From: Clostridia bacterium
GTDB lineage: Bacteria; Bacillota; Clostridia; Lachnospirales; Lachnospiraceae
DNA: 49,186 bases
Assembly (NCBI GenBank): GCA_003252135.1
Contig: QKDK01000122.1
Coordinates: 1-49,186 of the forward strand
Direction: 5' to 3'
Made by a program: the position numbers and the translations under genes. Within the stretch, counting starts at the first letter, position 1. The number at the start of each line of letters is the position of its first letter. Below are positions 1 through 11,166 of this stretch, one piece after another. Under the pieces are notes generated by a model. The model did no database searches. It was not told the DNA's origin and saw only the letters and a program-made list of their open reading frames with translations.

Positions 1-75
1 AACAAGCCCAATTATAGCATATGAATTTCAGGTTGCAAACAGCCATTTGTCCTAGACGATGGAGCGTTCCGGTTT

Positions 76-178
76 TGTGGATAATGTGTATAGTGTGGAT
101 AAATTTAAAAGATCCAGTCTGGATAACGTTTTCGAACTTTCGAAAATTTTACGAAAAAATTGTGGAAGATGTGGATAA
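76..178 (-). promoter_or_regulatory. DnaA-box cluster (3 perfect plus 2 degenerate TTATCCACA-type 9-mers)
   Basis: tgtggataa (reverse complement of TTATCCACA) occurs at 76-84, 94-102 and 170-178. tctggataa at 118-126 has 1 mismatch and tgtggaaga at 161-169 has 2 mismatches. All are in the same orientation, in non-coding DNA directly 3' of murC. Confidence 0.6.
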
Positions 179-1606
179 TTATAGTCCAAGTAGGGATTCA
201 CCCAGTAAACACACATCTCCGGCGCCCATAGTTATCAACAAATCACCGGTGTAACATTTTTGTAATAAAAATGTTTCGATTTCGTTAAATCCAGAAAAAT
301 GGTAAACTTCTTTACCTTTTTTTTGAATAAGAGCCATCAGATCCTGGGAAGATATGTCACCCGGATCGATTTCGCGTGCCGGATAGATGTCAGTCAGCAC
401 GACCAGGTCTGCCATGGACAGAGCTTCGGCAAAATCTGCGAGAAGTGCTTTGGTCCTTGAATATGTATGCGGCTGAAAAACGCAGATAATGCGTGACTTG
501 TTCAGAGAACGGGCGGCGCAAAGCGTTGCACGGATCTCGGACGGATGGTGAGCATAATCGTCCATGATCGTAATGCCGGCAAGCTCGCCCTTTTTTTCGA
601 AACGCCGCTTGGTGCCGGTGAATCGGGCAAGGCCTCTTGCACATGCATCAGGAGAGATGCCGAGGGTACATGCCATGGCAATGGCAGACGCTGCATTGGC
701 AATATTGTGAACACCGCAGACCTGCAGATGAACCCTGCCGATAAAAGAACCTTCTTTATATATAGAAAAATCAGGAAAACCATTTTCGTCATAGCTTATA
801 TCGGCAGCGGTGAAATCATACGGTGTTTCAATTGCCGCACCGACCAGCTGATCAAGTGGAGTATGGCAGGATTCCATAACACCAAATGTCACAGGACGGC
901 AGGGAAGGTCATAAAACAGTGCTTCTTTGTTCTCTATGTCTCCGTTCAGCACGAGCAGTCCCCCGGATGGAATCAGCCTGGCAAATTCGCGGAAGGAATT
1001 CCTTATATCATCCAGATCTTTGAAAAAGTCAAGATGGTCGGCATCAATATTCAGAATGATCTCGTGCGCCGGATGGAATTTTAAAAAGCTGTTGGTATAT
1101 TCACAGGCCTCTACAATAAAATATTCAGACTTACCGTAATGAAGGTTGCCTGAAATAGTAGGAAGTATACCGCCGACTAAAATGGTAGGATCATAGGCGG
1201 CCTCCAGAAAGATCAGGGATAACATGGAGGTCGTTGTTGTTTTGCCGTGTGTGCCGGAGATGCCGATGGCATCCTTATAATGCAGCATGATCTGACCAAG
1301 CAGCTCTGCTCTTGTCAGCATCGGGATACCGGAAGCTGCTGCAGCAGAAAATTCAGGATTATCTGATTTTACTGCCGCTGTATAGACGATGAGATCAATA
1401 TGACTGTCGATATTAGAAGCACGGTTTCCGTAGAAGACCTTTATGCCAAGGGATTCCAGGTGGCTTGTTAAGGAACTGTGTTTTTCGTCTGAACCGCGGA
1501 CACTGAATCCTTCCTTCAATAATAATTCAGCAATTCCACTCATGCTGATACCGCCGATTCCGATAAAATGAATGGTTATCGGGTTTTTATAGTCAATCTG
1601 GTACAT
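179..1606 (-). CDS. murC: UDP-N-acetylmuramate--L-alanine ligase
   Basis: 475-aa ORF. Has the N-terminal Rossmann motif IHFIGIGGISMSGIAELL, the Mur-ligase P-loop GTHGKTTTT and the C-terminal DDYAHHP motif. Confidence 0.95.
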   Translation of the reverse strand: MYQIDYKNPITIHFIGIGGISMSGIAELLLKEGFSVRGSDEKHSSLTSHLESLGIKVFYGNRASNIDSHIDLIVYTAAVKSDNPEFSAAAASGIPMLTRAELLGQIMLHYKDAIGISGTHGKTTTTSMLSLIFLEAAYDPTILVGGILPTISGNLHYGKSEYFIVEACEYTNSFLKFHPAHEIILNIDADHLDFFKDLDDIRNSFREFARLIPSGGLLVLNGDIENKEALFYDLPCRPVTFGVMESCHTPLDQLVGAAIETPYDFTAADISYDENGFPDFSIYKEGSFIGRVHLQVCGVHNIANAASAIAMACTLGISPDACARGLARFTGTKRRFEKKGELAGITIMDDYAHHPSEIRATLCAARSLNKSRIICVFQPHTYSRTKALLADFAEALSMADLVVLTDIYPAREIDPGDISSQDLMALIQKKGKEVYHFSGFNEIETFLLQKCYTGDLLITMGAGDVCLLGESLLGL

Positions 1607-1906
1607 AATATAGGTTCCATCCTGTCTTTTTATAGTGGTTGAGTCCGCTTAAAACTGCATGCTGCAGACGGACATCCTGTTTTCACCGCTATCATACCTT
1701 TTTTTGATAATAAATACAATAGGAAAGTTCAACATAAGGCGTCAGCACGATTTCACGAAAAGAAATGTTTTTGTTTTGTTGAGTCAGATAAGAAGTTTAA
1801 ATTTATTAAAATGACTACCAATTCAGACTCATTTGTGATATACTGTGTTTGATTTTAAACATTATGAAAAGTTCTTATTTAACATTATCTTACATGAGGT
1901 GAAGGC

Positions 1907-3181
1907 ATGATAAAGAAAGAAATGATCGCTATGCTGCTGGCAGGCGGTCAGGGTTCAAGACTTGGTATCCTGACGGCGAATGTCGCTAAGCCGGCAGTGG
2001 GGTTCGGCGCGAAGTACAGAATCATTGATTTTCCCTTAAGCAACTGCATTAACTCCGGGGTCGATACTGTCGGTGTTCTGACCCAGTACCAGCCACTACA
2101 ACTGAATACGCATATCGGGATAGGTATCCCGTGGGATCTGGACCGGAATATAGGTGGTGTTTCAATTCTTCCTCCTTATGAAAAAAGCAAAAATGCCGAG
2201 TGGTATACCGGAACGGCAAATGCCATCTATCAGAATCTGAAGTACATGGAATACTATAATCCGGAGTATGTATTGATTCTGAGCGGTGACCATATCTATA
2301 AAATGGATTATGAGGCGATGCTCGAGTTCCATAAAGCCAATGATTCAGACATTTCCATTGCCACGATCAGGGTTCCTATGGAAGAAGCATCCCGTTTTGG
2401 TGTGATCATAGCTGATGAGGAGAAACGGATCACCGAATTTGAAGAAAAGCCCGAACATCCGCGCAGTAACCTGGCCTCCATGGGCATCTATATCTTTAAC
2501 TGGAAGGTCCTAAAGGAAGCGCTGGTAACTTTATCAGAACAGAAGAACTGTGATTTCGGAAAACACATCATTCCATACTGCCATGAAAATGGAAAAAGGA
2601 TCTATGCTTACGAATACCGGGGATACTGGAAGGATGTCGGGACGCTGATTTCATACTGGGAAGCGAACATGGAGCTGATCGATCTGATCCCGGTTTTTAA
2701 CCTGTACGAAGAATTCTGGAAGATCTACACCAGATCAGATGTTATTCGTCCGCAGTATGTTTCTGAGAATGCATTGATCAATCGTTGTATTATTGGGGAA
2801 GGCACCGAGGTTCACGGACAGGTCTATAACTCTGTGGTAGGAGCCGGCGTTACAATTGAAGAAGGCGCACTGGTCTGCGACTCTATATTAATGAAAGGCT
2901 GTACCGTCGGAAAGAATGCCAAGATCTATAAAGCTATTCTTGCCGAAGACTGTATTATCGGAGCAGGATGTGAGGTGGGCATCGGAGATGAAGTGCCAAA
3001 CGAAACACATCCGCATATCTATAATAACGGACTGGTCGTAATCGGTGAAAAGGCTGTAGTGCCGGATGGAATCAGCATTGGAAAGAATACCGTAATCGGC
3101 GGAATAACGACAGCAGAAGATTATGCAGATGGAAGATTACCGGGCGGTAAAAGTCTGATAAAGGCAGGTGACGAGCATTGA
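1907..3181 (+). CDS. glgC: glucose-1-phosphate adenylyltransferase
   Basis: 424 aa. Motifs [21 protein letters not shown] and [10 protein letters not shown], followed by a hexapeptide-repeat C-terminus. SD gaggtgaagg lies before the ATG. Confidence 0.95.
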   Translation: MIKKEMIAMLLAGGQGSRLGILTANVAKPAVGFGAKYRIIDFPLSNCINSGVDTVGVLTQYQPLQLNTHIGIGIPWDLDRNIGGVSILPPYEKSKNAEWYTGTANAIYQNLKYMEYYNPEYVLILSGDHIYKMDYEAMLEFHKANDSDISIATIRVPMEEASRFGVIIADEEKRITEFEEKPEHPRSNLASMGIYIFNWKVLKEALVTLSEQKNCDFGKHIIPYCHENGKRIYAYEYRGYWKDVGTLISYWEANMELIDLIPVFNLYEEFWKIYTRSDVIRPQYVSENALINRCIIGEGTEVHGQVYNSVVGAGVTIEEGALVCDSILMKGCTVGKNAKIYKAILAEDCIIGAGCEVGIGDEVPNETHPHIYNNGLVVIGEKAVVPDGISIGKNTVIGGITTAEDYADGRLPGGKSLIKAGDEH

Positions 3182-4299
3182 GAGCGATAGGAATCATACT
3201 AGCGGGCGGAAACAGCAGCAAAATGCAGAAACTTTCTAACAAACGTGCCATCGCGGCGATGCCGATCGCATGCAGTTACCGGGCAATAGACTTTGTCCTG
3301 AGCAGCATGTCGAATTCACACATACAGAAGGTTGCAGTACTGACACAGTATAATTCAAGGTCCTTAAATGAACATCTAAGTTCATCAAAATGGTGGGATT
3401 TTGGACGTAAGCAGGGCGGATTATATGTTTTTACACCGACCATCACCATTGATAATGGCTTCTGGTACAGAGGCACAGCAGATGCCATATACCAGAATAT
3501 AAGCTTTTTAAAGAACAGTCATGAGCCTTATGTAGTCATTGCATCAGGCGACGGAGTTTATAAGCTGGATTTCAATAAGGTACTGGAATACCATATCGAA
3601 AAGAATTCAGACATTACAATTGTATGTAAAACAGCAGATGCTGCCATGGATATTTCAAGATTTGGTGTGATTCAGACAGATGAGGATCTGAGGATCACAG
3701 AGTTTGAGGAGAAGCCACAGAACAAGAGCGCAAACCTGATCTCCACCGGTATCTATATCATGCGCAGAAGACAGCTGATCGAGATGATCGAAAAGGCCGC
3801 CGAAGCAGAGCAGTATGATTTTGTGGCTGACATTCTGATCAGGAACAAAGAGAGCAAACGTATTTTTGCTTATGAGATGGAAAGCTACTGGAGAAATATC
3901 AGTGCAGTGGAAGCATATTATAAGACCAATATGGACTTTTTAAATCCTGCCATCCGCAACTACTTTTTTGCAGAGTATCCTGATATTTATTCAAAGATTG
4001 ACGATTTACCGCCTGCGAAGTATAATCAGGGAGTAACCGTTAAGAACAGTCTGATAGCGAGCGGCTGTATTATCAACGGAACAGTCGAAAATTCAATATT
4101 GTTCAAGAAAGTGTATGTCGGTAACAATTCCATTATTAAAAATTCAATTATACTGAATGATGTTCATATTGGGGATAATACTTATATAGAAAACTGTATT
4201 GTGGAGAGTCGGGACACGATCTGTGCAAATACGACTTATGTTGGCGAGCCGAATTTCCCCAAGATAGTGATAGAAAAGAACGAAAGATATGTTTTATAG
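3178..4299 (+). CDS. glgD: glucose-1-phosphate adenylyltransferase regulatory subunit GlgD
   Basis: 373-aa GlgC paralogue ([22 protein letters not shown]). TTG start overlaps the glgC stop by 4 nt, preceded by aggtga. Matches the Firmicutes glgCD pair arrangement. Confidence 0.88.
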   Translation: MRAIGIILAGGNSSKMQKLSNKRAIAAMPIACSYRAIDFVLSSMSNSHIQKVAVLTQYNSRSLNEHLSSSKWWDFGRKQGGLYVFTPTITIDNGFWYRGTADAIYQNISFLKNSHEPYVVIASGDGVYKLDFNKVLEYHIEKNSDITIVCKTADAAMDISRFGVIQTDEDLRITEFEEKPQNKSANLISTGIYIMRRRQLIEMIEKAAEAEQYDFVADILIRNKESKRIFAYEMESYWRNISAVEAYYKTNMDFLNPAIRNYFFAEYPDIYSKIDDLPPAKYNQGVTVKNSLIASGCIINGTVENSILFKKVYVGNNSIIKNSIILNDVHIGDNTYIENCIVESRDTICANTTYVGEPNFPKIVIEKNERYVL

Positions 4300-4397
4300 G
4301 AAAGATGCTTGTAAGGTTCACTAATCCGGCGCAAGTAGTATGTTCTTCAGATCTACCTGCGTCGCAACACGCTCAGGGCAGAAGGGAGACAGAAAGA

Positions 4398-4685
4398 ATG
4401 CAGATTACAGATGTAAGGGTAAGGAAGGTTTCCAAAGAAGGAAAAATGAAGGCATTGGTTTCTATCACGCTGGATAATGAGTTTGTAGTTCATGACATCA
4501 AAGTCATTGAAGGCGATAAGGGTCTGTTCATCGCAATGCCGAGTAAAAAAACCGGTGATGGTGAGTACCGTGATATTGCACATCCGATCAATTCCGAAAC
4601 ACGTGATAAGATACAGGGTATCATTTTGGAAAAATACGAGATAGCAATGTTAGAAAGCGAAACCGAAGACAAAGAGGATATGTAA
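4398..4685 (+). CDS. spoVG: septation/sporulation regulator SpoVG
   Basis: [11 protein letters not shown]...FIAMPS...DIAHPIN is a typical SpoVG sequence. The internal ATG at 4398 is preceded by gaagggag. The ORF-track start at 4305 is an upstream extension. Confidence 0.93.
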   Translation: MQITDVRVRKVSKEGKMKALVSITLDNEFVVHDIKVIEGDKGLFIAMPSKKTGDGEYRDIAHPINSETRDKIQGIILEKYEIAMLESETEDKEDM

Positions 4686-4704
4686 GCAAAAGAGATCACA
4701 TTCC

Positions 4705-4734
4705 GACGCAGCAAAGATTCTTCTTTGCTGCGTC
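4705..4734 (+). terminator. hairpin downstream of spoVG (weak intrinsic terminator candidate)
   Basis: gacgcagcaaa (4705-4715) pairs with tttgctgcgtc (4724-4734) across an 8-nt loop. The U-tract is poor (aattgtgtt). Confidence 0.4.
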
Positions 4735-4774
4735 AATTGTGTTAAATGTCAGAAAGAAGCAGTGAACAGCTGTA

Positions 4775-5800
4775 TTGGAAGGAACAGGGAGAAAATTGAG
4801 AAACAGTGGGAAAACGATACGAAAAAAAGCAGTGAAGAACTGGATACTGTTTAGTCTGACTGTATCGGCAATGCTTTTGACCATTGGCCGCAGTGACAGG
4901 TGGGGGATGATCAAAGCAATGGAAATCTCGGGAATCTATGCTGCAACAGGAAATGCAGGCATTGATAATATAGAAGAATCAGATAATGAAAGCATCATGG
5001 ATGAGAATGCAGGTAAGGGAGCATCAGACACTCTGTCAGAACAGCCTGAGGATACAGAAGCCGTACTGACAGATATGAATTCAGAAGGACAGTCTGATAT
5101 CAGTGAACAGACAGCTATTGCAGTGAATCCGGATAATGAGACGTCAGAAAAGGAAGAGCCTGAATTTGGTATGCTTTCAGGGCGTGATATAGACCCAGAC
5201 AAGCCGATGATAGCACTGACCTTTGATGATGGCCCCTATCCTCCTGTGACTGAGGAGCTGATAGAGTTCTTACTGAAAAATGATGCTAGAGCAACCTTTT
5301 TTGTTGTCGGATATAATGCTGACAAATATACATCGACCATACAGGAAGCATATGAAAAAGGTTTTGAAATAGCGAATCATACAGAAAGTCATGCATCTTT
5401 GGTAGGGCTGACAAAGGAAGAGCTGCATGATGAAGTGGATGCAATTAATGAATTGCTGAATTCATTTGGTATAAAAGGCAGCCTTTACCTTCGGCCGCCA
5501 TATGGATCCCATGATGAAACCATGGAAGCAAATCTATCTGTTCCGATGATAACCTGGTCGGTTGACTCCCAGGACTGGCTGTCAAGGGATGCCGATTCTA
5601 TTGAAAAAAGAATTATAGGACAATGTGAAGATGGAGATATCATCCTGATGCATGATATATACCAGTCAACTCTTGATGCTGTTAAAACGATAGTTCCAAA
5701 ACTGATAGAAGAGGGTTTTCAGCTTGTAACGGTTTCTGAGATGTTTCAGGCAAAAGGGATTGAGACCAAAGCCGGTGTATGTTACAATAGTGCAAAATAA
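4775..5800 (+). CDS. polysaccharide deacetylase family protein (NodB homology domain), membrane anchored
   Basis: NodB motifs ALTFDDGP, HTESH, RPPYG and ILMHD. An N-terminal TM segment is followed by an acidic low-complexity linker. The track start is a TTG, so the true start is uncertain. Confidence 0.85.
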   Translation: MEGTGRKLRNSGKTIRKKAVKNWILFSLTVSAMLLTIGRSDRWGMIKAMEISGIYAATGNAGIDNIEESDNESIMDENAGKGASDTLSEQPEDTEAVLTDMNSEGQSDISEQTAIAVNPDNETSEKEEPEFGMLSGRDIDPDKPMIALTFDDGPYPPVTEELIEFLLKNDARATFFVVGYNADKYTSTIQEAYEKGFEIANHTESHASLVGLTKEELHDEVDAINELLNSFGIKGSLYLRPPYGSHDETMEANLSVPMITWSVDSQDWLSRDADSIEKRIIGQCEDGDIILMHDIYQSTLDAVKTIVPKLIEEGFQLVTVSEMFQAKGIETKAGVCYNSAK

Positions 5801-5861
5801 GTACCGCAGATGTGGTGGCAAACCATATGTGCGGTAATCGCACGTTGCAGGAAGGAAGAAT

Positions 5862-6440
5862 ATGTATTGCTTTGTAGGACTGGGAAATCCCAGCAGAGAG
5901 TATCAGGCAACCAGACACAATATCGGTTTTGATGCCATTACGGGAATTTCAGACGCACATAAAATATCATTAACTACCAAAAAACATAAAGCTGTTATGG
6001 GCATGGGACAAATGTGCGGGGAGAAGGTCATACTTTCACAACCGCAGACATTCATGAACCTGAGCGGCGAAAGTGTTCAGCCGATGCTTGATTTTTATAA
6101 GATTCCGGCATCCAACCTTATTGTGATCTGCGATGACATCAATCTGCCGGTCGGACAGCTGCGCATCAGGGCACAGGGAAGCGACGGCGGGCACAACGGT
6201 CTGAAGAACATCATCAGGCATCTGGGTACCAATGAATTTATCAGAATCCGTATCGGGGTGGGAGAAAAACCAAAGAACTGGGATCTGGCTGATTACGTGC
6301 TCGGAAGATTTTCTGCAGATGAGCAGCAGGCCATGAAGGAAGCAATCAGGGAGACAGTTTCAGCCTGTGAAACAATTGTAACACAGGGCATTGATAAAGC
6401 AATGAACCAGCATAACAGTAAAAAGAAGGAGAATACGTGA
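5862..6440 (+). CDS. pth: peptidyl-tRNA hydrolase
   Basis: 192 aa. GLGNPSREYQATRHNIGF and GHNGLKN are canonical Pth motifs. Confidence 0.95.
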   Translation: MYCFVGLGNPSREYQATRHNIGFDAITGISDAHKISLTTKKHKAVMGMGQMCGEKVILSQPQTFMNLSGESVQPMLDFYKIPASNLIVICDDINLPVGQLRIRAQGSDGGHNGLKNIIRHLGTNEFIRIRIGVGEKPKNWDLADYVLGRFSADEQQAMKEAIRETVSACETIVTQGIDKAMNQHNSKKKENT

Positions 6441-9400
6441 TGAAAGCGTTCACAGCACCTCTTTTTGAGTACAGAGAATTTGGCAAAGCAAAAAAGGAAT
6501 TTGACGAAGGACGGACGCCTATTTTGCTGTCCGGTTGTATCGATTCCCAGAAATGCCACATGATGTACGCACTGGCAAGCGAATATCCTTTTCGCCTCAT
6601 CATTACCTATAATGAGTTAAAGGCGAAGGAAATGTATGAGGACTTCAAGCTTTTTGATCGTGATGTCATGCTGTACCCTGCAAAAGACATCATTTTTTAT
6701 AATGCAGATATTCATGGACATGCCATTGTCCAGCAGCGGTTAAAGGTCATTAAAAGGCTGATCGAGAGACAGCCTGTAACTGTTATTGTCAGTCTGGAAG
6801 CGGGTATGGATAAGATACTGGCGCCCGAGCTGATTGCACAGAATATCAGCTATCTGCGGGAAGGGGAAGAGCTGAACCCTATAAAGTTCCAGCAGACTCT
6901 GACCTGTCTTGGTTATGAAAGACAGGCTCAGGTGGAAGCACCCGGAGATTTTGCGGTAAGGGGCGGCATCATTGATATCTTTCCGCTGACAGAAGAGGTT
7001 CCCTGCCGGATCGAACTGTGGGGAGATGAGATCGATTCCATCAGAAGCTTTGATATAACGAACCAGAGATCAATAGAACGCATCTCTTCCGTCAGTATTT
7101 ATCCTGCCGCTGAAATCGTACTGAACGAAGAGACCATGCGGCAGGGACTTTTTTCTATTGAAAAAGAGGCAAAAGCACATGATAAAAAGCTGCGGGATAA
7201 ACTGCAGATAGAAGAAGCTGCAAGGCTTCGCAGTATAATCAATGAATTTAAGGAGAACCTTGAAAGCTTTCAGGGAGCGGTAGGTCTTGACAGCTATGTG
7301 AATTATTTTTATGACAGGACACAGTCGTTCTTTGAGTATTTTTACAACGAGGAATCAGTCATATTCCTGGACGAACCGGCAAGACTTGTTGAAAAAGGGG
7401 AAGCTGTGACCTTTGAGTTCGCAGAGAGCATGTCGGGAAGACTTGAAAAAGGATATATTCTGCCGGGACAGGCAGATGTTGTGTATGACTATAAGGAGAT
7501 ACTGGCAAGTCTCTGTCTGAAAAGGACTGTGTTCATCAGTACCCTGGAGACAAAGGTGCCGCTGCTGGTGCCAAAGGAACACTTTGACCTGATGGTCGGC
7601 GGTGTGAACTCCTATAACAACAATTTTGATGTCCTGTTAAAGGATTTAAAAAAGTGGAAAAAAAGCGGGTACAGGGTTCTATTACTGTCCGGTTCCAGAA
7701 CAAGAGCCTCCCGTCTGGCAGAAGATCTGCGGGAAAATGAGCTGAATGCTTTTTTTTCAGAGGATATGGAGAGGGAAGTACAGCCCGGTGAAATCATGAT
7801 TGTCTATGGCAGTCTGCACAGAGGCTTCGAATATCCGATGCTGAAGTTTACGATCATTTCGGAAAGCGATATCTTCGGGCTCAAAAAAAGCAATAAGAAA
7901 AAGAAGCAGCCGCATGACGGCAAGCAGCTGCAGAGCCTGCAGGATCTGTGCGCCGGAGATTATGTCGTACATGAAAATCACGGACTTGGTGTTTACCGCG
8001 GCATAGAAAAGGTCGAAGTCGATAAGGTCACCAAAGACTATATCAAGATTGAATACGGTGACGGCGGCGTGCTGTTCTTACCGGCCAGCGGACTGGATGT
8101 TATTCAAAAGTATGCCGGCTCCGATGCAAAAAAACCAAAGCTGAACAAGTTGAATTCAGTCGAATGGAAAAATACCAAGGCCAGAGTCAGAGGGGCTGTC
8201 AAGGATCTTGCCAATGAGCTTGTTGCTCTGTATGCGATGAGAAGAGACAGACAGGGCTTCCAGTTCGGGAAGGATACTGTCTGGCAGAAGGAATTCGAAG
8301 AACTGTTTCCTTTTGAAGAGACTGATGATCAGCTGAGCGCCATTGAGGATGTCAAAAGAGATATGGAGAGCAGACGCATCATGGATCGTCTGATCTGCGG
8401 CGATGTCGGCTACGGGAAAACAGAGGTTGCCATCCGGGCAGCTTTTAAAGCTGTGCACGAAGGTAAACAGGTAGCTGTTTTAGTTCCGACCACGATTCTT
8501 GCACAGCAGCATTATAATACCTTCAGCCAGAGAATGAAGGATTTTTCCGTTGAGATCGATATGCTGTCCAGGTTTCGTACCCCTGCAGAACAAAAAAAAG
8601 TGCTCGAGCGCGCCAGAAAGGGTGGCATTGATATCATTATCGGGACGCACAGGCTTTTGTCAAAGGACATCGCGTTTCGTAATCTGGGACTGCTGATCGT
8701 AGATGAGGAGCAGCGATTTGGTGTTGCTCACAAGGAACGAATCAAACAGATGAAGGGTGACATCGACGTGCTGACGCTGACTGCCACACCGATTCCAAGA
8801 ACCCTGCATATGAGTCTGATCGGCATCCGGGATATGAGTGTTCTGGATGAACCGCCGGTCGACAGACTTCCGATTCAGACCTTTGTCATGGAGCACAACG
8901 ATGAAATCATTAGAGAAGCCATTCACAGGGAGATGACCCGCGGCGGTCAGGTGTATTTTGTTTACAACCGGGTCAAAGGCATAGATGAGATGGCGGCAAC
9001 CATTACAAGGCTCGTTCCTGAGGCGGTTGTTGCTTATGCGCATGGGCAGATGAGCGAGCGAACGCTCGAAAAGATAATGTATGAGTTCATTAACGGAGAG
9101 ATCGATGTACTGGTATCCACGACCATTATCGAGACCGGACTTGACATATCCAATGTGAATACGATTATTATTGATGATGCAGACCGTCTTGGCCTGTCCC
9201 AGATGTACCAGCTGCGCGGTCGTGTCGGCAGATCCAGCCGTACTGCCTATGCATTTTTAATGTACAAGAGGGATAAGATGTTACGTGAGATTGCTGAGAA
9301 GAGACTGTCAGCCATCCGGGAATTTACTGAGCTTGGTTCCGGCTACAAGATAGCGATGCGTGACCTTGAGATCAGAGGAGCCGGCAACCTGCTCGGTGCG

Positions 9401-10021
9401 GAGCAGAGCGGACATATGGAAGCTGTCGGGTATGATATGTACTGCAAGATGCTGAATGAAGCGGTAAAAGAGTGCAGGGATGACAAGACGCCTGAAGAAA
9501 TCTATGAGACAGCAGTGGACATTGATATCGATGCCTTTATTCCGTCCTCCTATGTTAAGAATGAAATGCAAAAGCTTGATCTTTACAAGCGTGTTGCCAT
9601 GATCGAGTCGGCAGAAGACCACATGGATATGCAGGATGAGATGCTAGACCGCTTCGGAGAGATTCCGACAGCCGTGCAGAATCTGCTGTCGATAGCTTTC
9701 ATTCGGGCAATGGCACATGAGGTTTATATTACCACTCTGGAGCATAAAGGCAGAGAGATAAAGATGGTGCTGTTTGGCAAAGCAAAGATACAGGTGGATA
9801 AGATACCTGACCTGCTTTTGATCTATCCTGCCAGATTAAAATTTATACCTGGCTCTAACCCGCATTTTATCTACACACTGGCACCTGTTGCAGCGGCTGG
9901 TAAGGATAAGATCAGAAAAAATCCGGTTGAGGATTTACTCGATCAGATAAGAATGGTATTATCAGAAATGAAGAACACTCTGCTTTCGGCTAAGGAAGAG
10001 GATAAAAAGGATAAACAATAA
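6437..10021 (+). CDS. mfd: transcription-repair coupling factor
   Basis: 1194 aa. Has the CarD-like RNAP-interaction motif GDYVVHENHGLGVY and SF2 motifs GDVGYGKTEVA, DEEQRFG and LRGRVGRS. Start is GTG 6437 or ATG 6440, overlapping the pth stop. Confidence 0.97.
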   Translation: MMKAFTAPLFEYREFGKAKKEFDEGRTPILLSGCIDSQKCHMMYALASEYPFRLIITYNELKAKEMYEDFKLFDRDVMLYPAKDIIFYNADIHGHAIVQQRLKVIKRLIERQPVTVIVSLEAGMDKILAPELIAQNISYLREGEELNPIKFQQTLTCLGYERQAQVEAPGDFAVRGGIIDIFPLTEEVPCRIELWGDEIDSIRSFDITNQRSIERISSVSIYPAAEIVLNEETMRQGLFSIEKEAKAHDKKLRDKLQIEEAARLRSIINEFKENLESFQGAVGLDSYVNYFYDRTQSFFEYFYNEESVIFLDEPARLVEKGEAVTFEFAESMSGRLEKGYILPGQADVVYDYKEILASLCLKRTVFISTLETKVPLLVPKEHFDLMVGGVNSYNNNFDVLLKDLKKWKKSGYRVLLLSGSRTRASRLAEDLRENELNAFFSEDMEREVQPGEIMIVYGSLHRGFEYPMLKFTIISESDIFGLKKSNKKKKQPHDGKQLQSLQDLCAGDYVVHENHGLGVYRGIEKVEVDKVTKDYIKIEYGDGGVLFLPASGLDVIQKYAGSDAKKPKLNKLNSVEWKNTKARVRGAVKDLANELVALYAMRRDRQGFQFGKDTVWQKEFEELFPFEETDDQLSAIEDVKRDMESRRIMDRLICGDVGYGKTEVAIRAAFKAVHEGKQVAVLVPTTILAQQHYNTFSQRMKDFSVEIDMLSRFRTPAEQKKVLERARKGGIDIIIGTHRLLSKDIAFRNLGLLIVDEEQRFGVAHKERIKQMKGDIDVLTLTATPIPRTLHMSLIGIRDMSVLDEPPVDRLPIQTFVMEHNDEIIREAIHREMTRGGQVYFVYNRVKGIDEMAATITRLVPEAVVAYAHGQMSERTLEKIMYEFINGEIDVLVSTTIIETGLDISNVNTIIIDDADRLGLSQMYQLRGRVGRSSRTAYAFLMYKRDKMLREIAEKRLSAIREFTELGSGYKIAMRDLEIRGAGNLLGAEQSGHMEAVGYDMYCKMLNEAVKECRDDKTPEEIYETAVDIDIDAFIPSSYVKNEMQKLDLYKRVAMIESAEDHMDMQDEMLDRFGEIPTAVQNLLSIAFIRAMAHEVYITTLEHKGREIKMVLFGKAKIQVDKIPDLLLIYPARLKFIPGSNPHFIYTLAPVAAAGKDKIRKNPVEDLLDQIRMVLSEMKNTLLSAKEEDKKDKQ

Positions 10022-10046
10022 GAAGGCAGCAGGAATGGGGAGATCA

Positions 10047-11075
10047 ATGAAGAAAGCTTACATAATATTTATTATTATAATGATATGCAGCATAGGTTCT
10101 GGCTGTTCTGTCAGCAAGGTGACTTTTGACAAGGAAGGCGGTACTTTGACACCAACGGCAGAAGCAGATGAGACAGACAGCTGGGAAGATGGAACTCTTC
10201 TGATGGTGAACGGTGCAGCGGTCAATTACCGGGAGGTATTCTTACAGCTGCTTGCCGCAAAGGAAAAAGCAGAACTTCTCTATGGAGAAGGAATCTGGGA
10301 TTATCGCTTGGATGACGAAGGAAATACCTACGGAGATGAAATCAGAGAACAGGTGCTTGATGAGTTCATAAACCTGAAGATCGTATGCGGACATGCCAAA
10401 GACCTTGATATCCAGCTCTCCGAAGAGGAGGTCAGGAATGCACAGGATTACACGGCAGAATATATTGAAAAAATAGGTGATGAAAATCTGGTAAAGTACA
10501 GTCTGTCAGAAGGACTGATCAATGAGCTCTATACCGACAATATTGTTGCACTGAGGGTCTATGAAAGCATTACATTGAGCGTTGATACGAATATCTCTGA
10601 TGATGAGGCCAGGCAGGTCGATCTGCAGTATATCATTAAGAATAAATTCTCTACTAACGATGACGATGAACAGGTCATGCTTAGCGGAAGCGATCTGACA
10701 AATCTACGAGATTCTGTTGAAACACTGTTAGCAGACAGCATGCAGAAAAGCGATTTCAAAACATTTGCAGAACTGAATACAGACAGCACCGACGGTGTTG
10801 AGATCACGGCAGGATATGGAGAGCTCCCAAAAGAGGTAGAAGATATAGCTTTCTCGCTGCAGGACGGTGAATTTGCCAGTGTGATAGAGACAGAGGATGC
10901 CTTTTATATTGTAAAATGTATCTCTTCCTTTGACGAAGATGCGACCAATGCAAGGAAAGAAGAGATCATCAGTGAAAGACAGGAGCAGTTATTTAATGAT
11001 ACCTTTGCTGCATGGAAACAGGAAGCAGTTGTTGTTGTGAATAATAAGCTCTGGGACAGCCTGATCGTGGAATAA
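10047..11075 (+). CDS. SurA-N/PrsA-like lipoprotein (putative foldase; no clear PPIase motif seen)
   Basis: Signal peptide plus lipobox (IGSGC). ATG 10047 is preceded by ggggag. A gene of this kind conventionally follows mfd in Clostridia. The function assignment is weak. Confidence 0.65.
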   Translation: MKKAYIIFIIIMICSIGSGCSVSKVTFDKEGGTLTPTAEADETDSWEDGTLLMVNGAAVNYREVFLQLLAAKEKAELLYGEGIWDYRLDDEGNTYGDEIREQVLDEFINLKIVCGHAKDLDIQLSEEEVRNAQDYTAEYIEKIGDENLVKYSLSEGLINELYTDNIVALRVYESITLSVDTNISDDEARQVDLQYIIKNKFSTNDDDEQVMLSGSDLTNLRDSVETLLADSMQKSDFKTFAELNTDSTDGVEITAGYGELPKEVEDIAFSLQDGEFASVIETEDAFYIVKCISSFDEDATNARKEEIISERQEQLFNDTFAAWKQEAVVVVNNKLWDSLIVE

Positions 11076-11090
11076 AGAAGTCAGAAAATA

Positions 11091-11134
11091 AAAAGCTCTT
11101 TCCTGTATAAGCTTTCATACAGGAAAGAGCTTTT
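11091..11134. terminator. bidirectional intrinsic terminator
   Basis: 18-bp stem aaaagctctttcctgtat / atacaggaaagagctttt with A-run and T-run flanks, between convergent genes. Confidence 0.85.
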
Positions 11135-11166
11135 CATACGTTATATACATTGTTCAACGGGTAACT

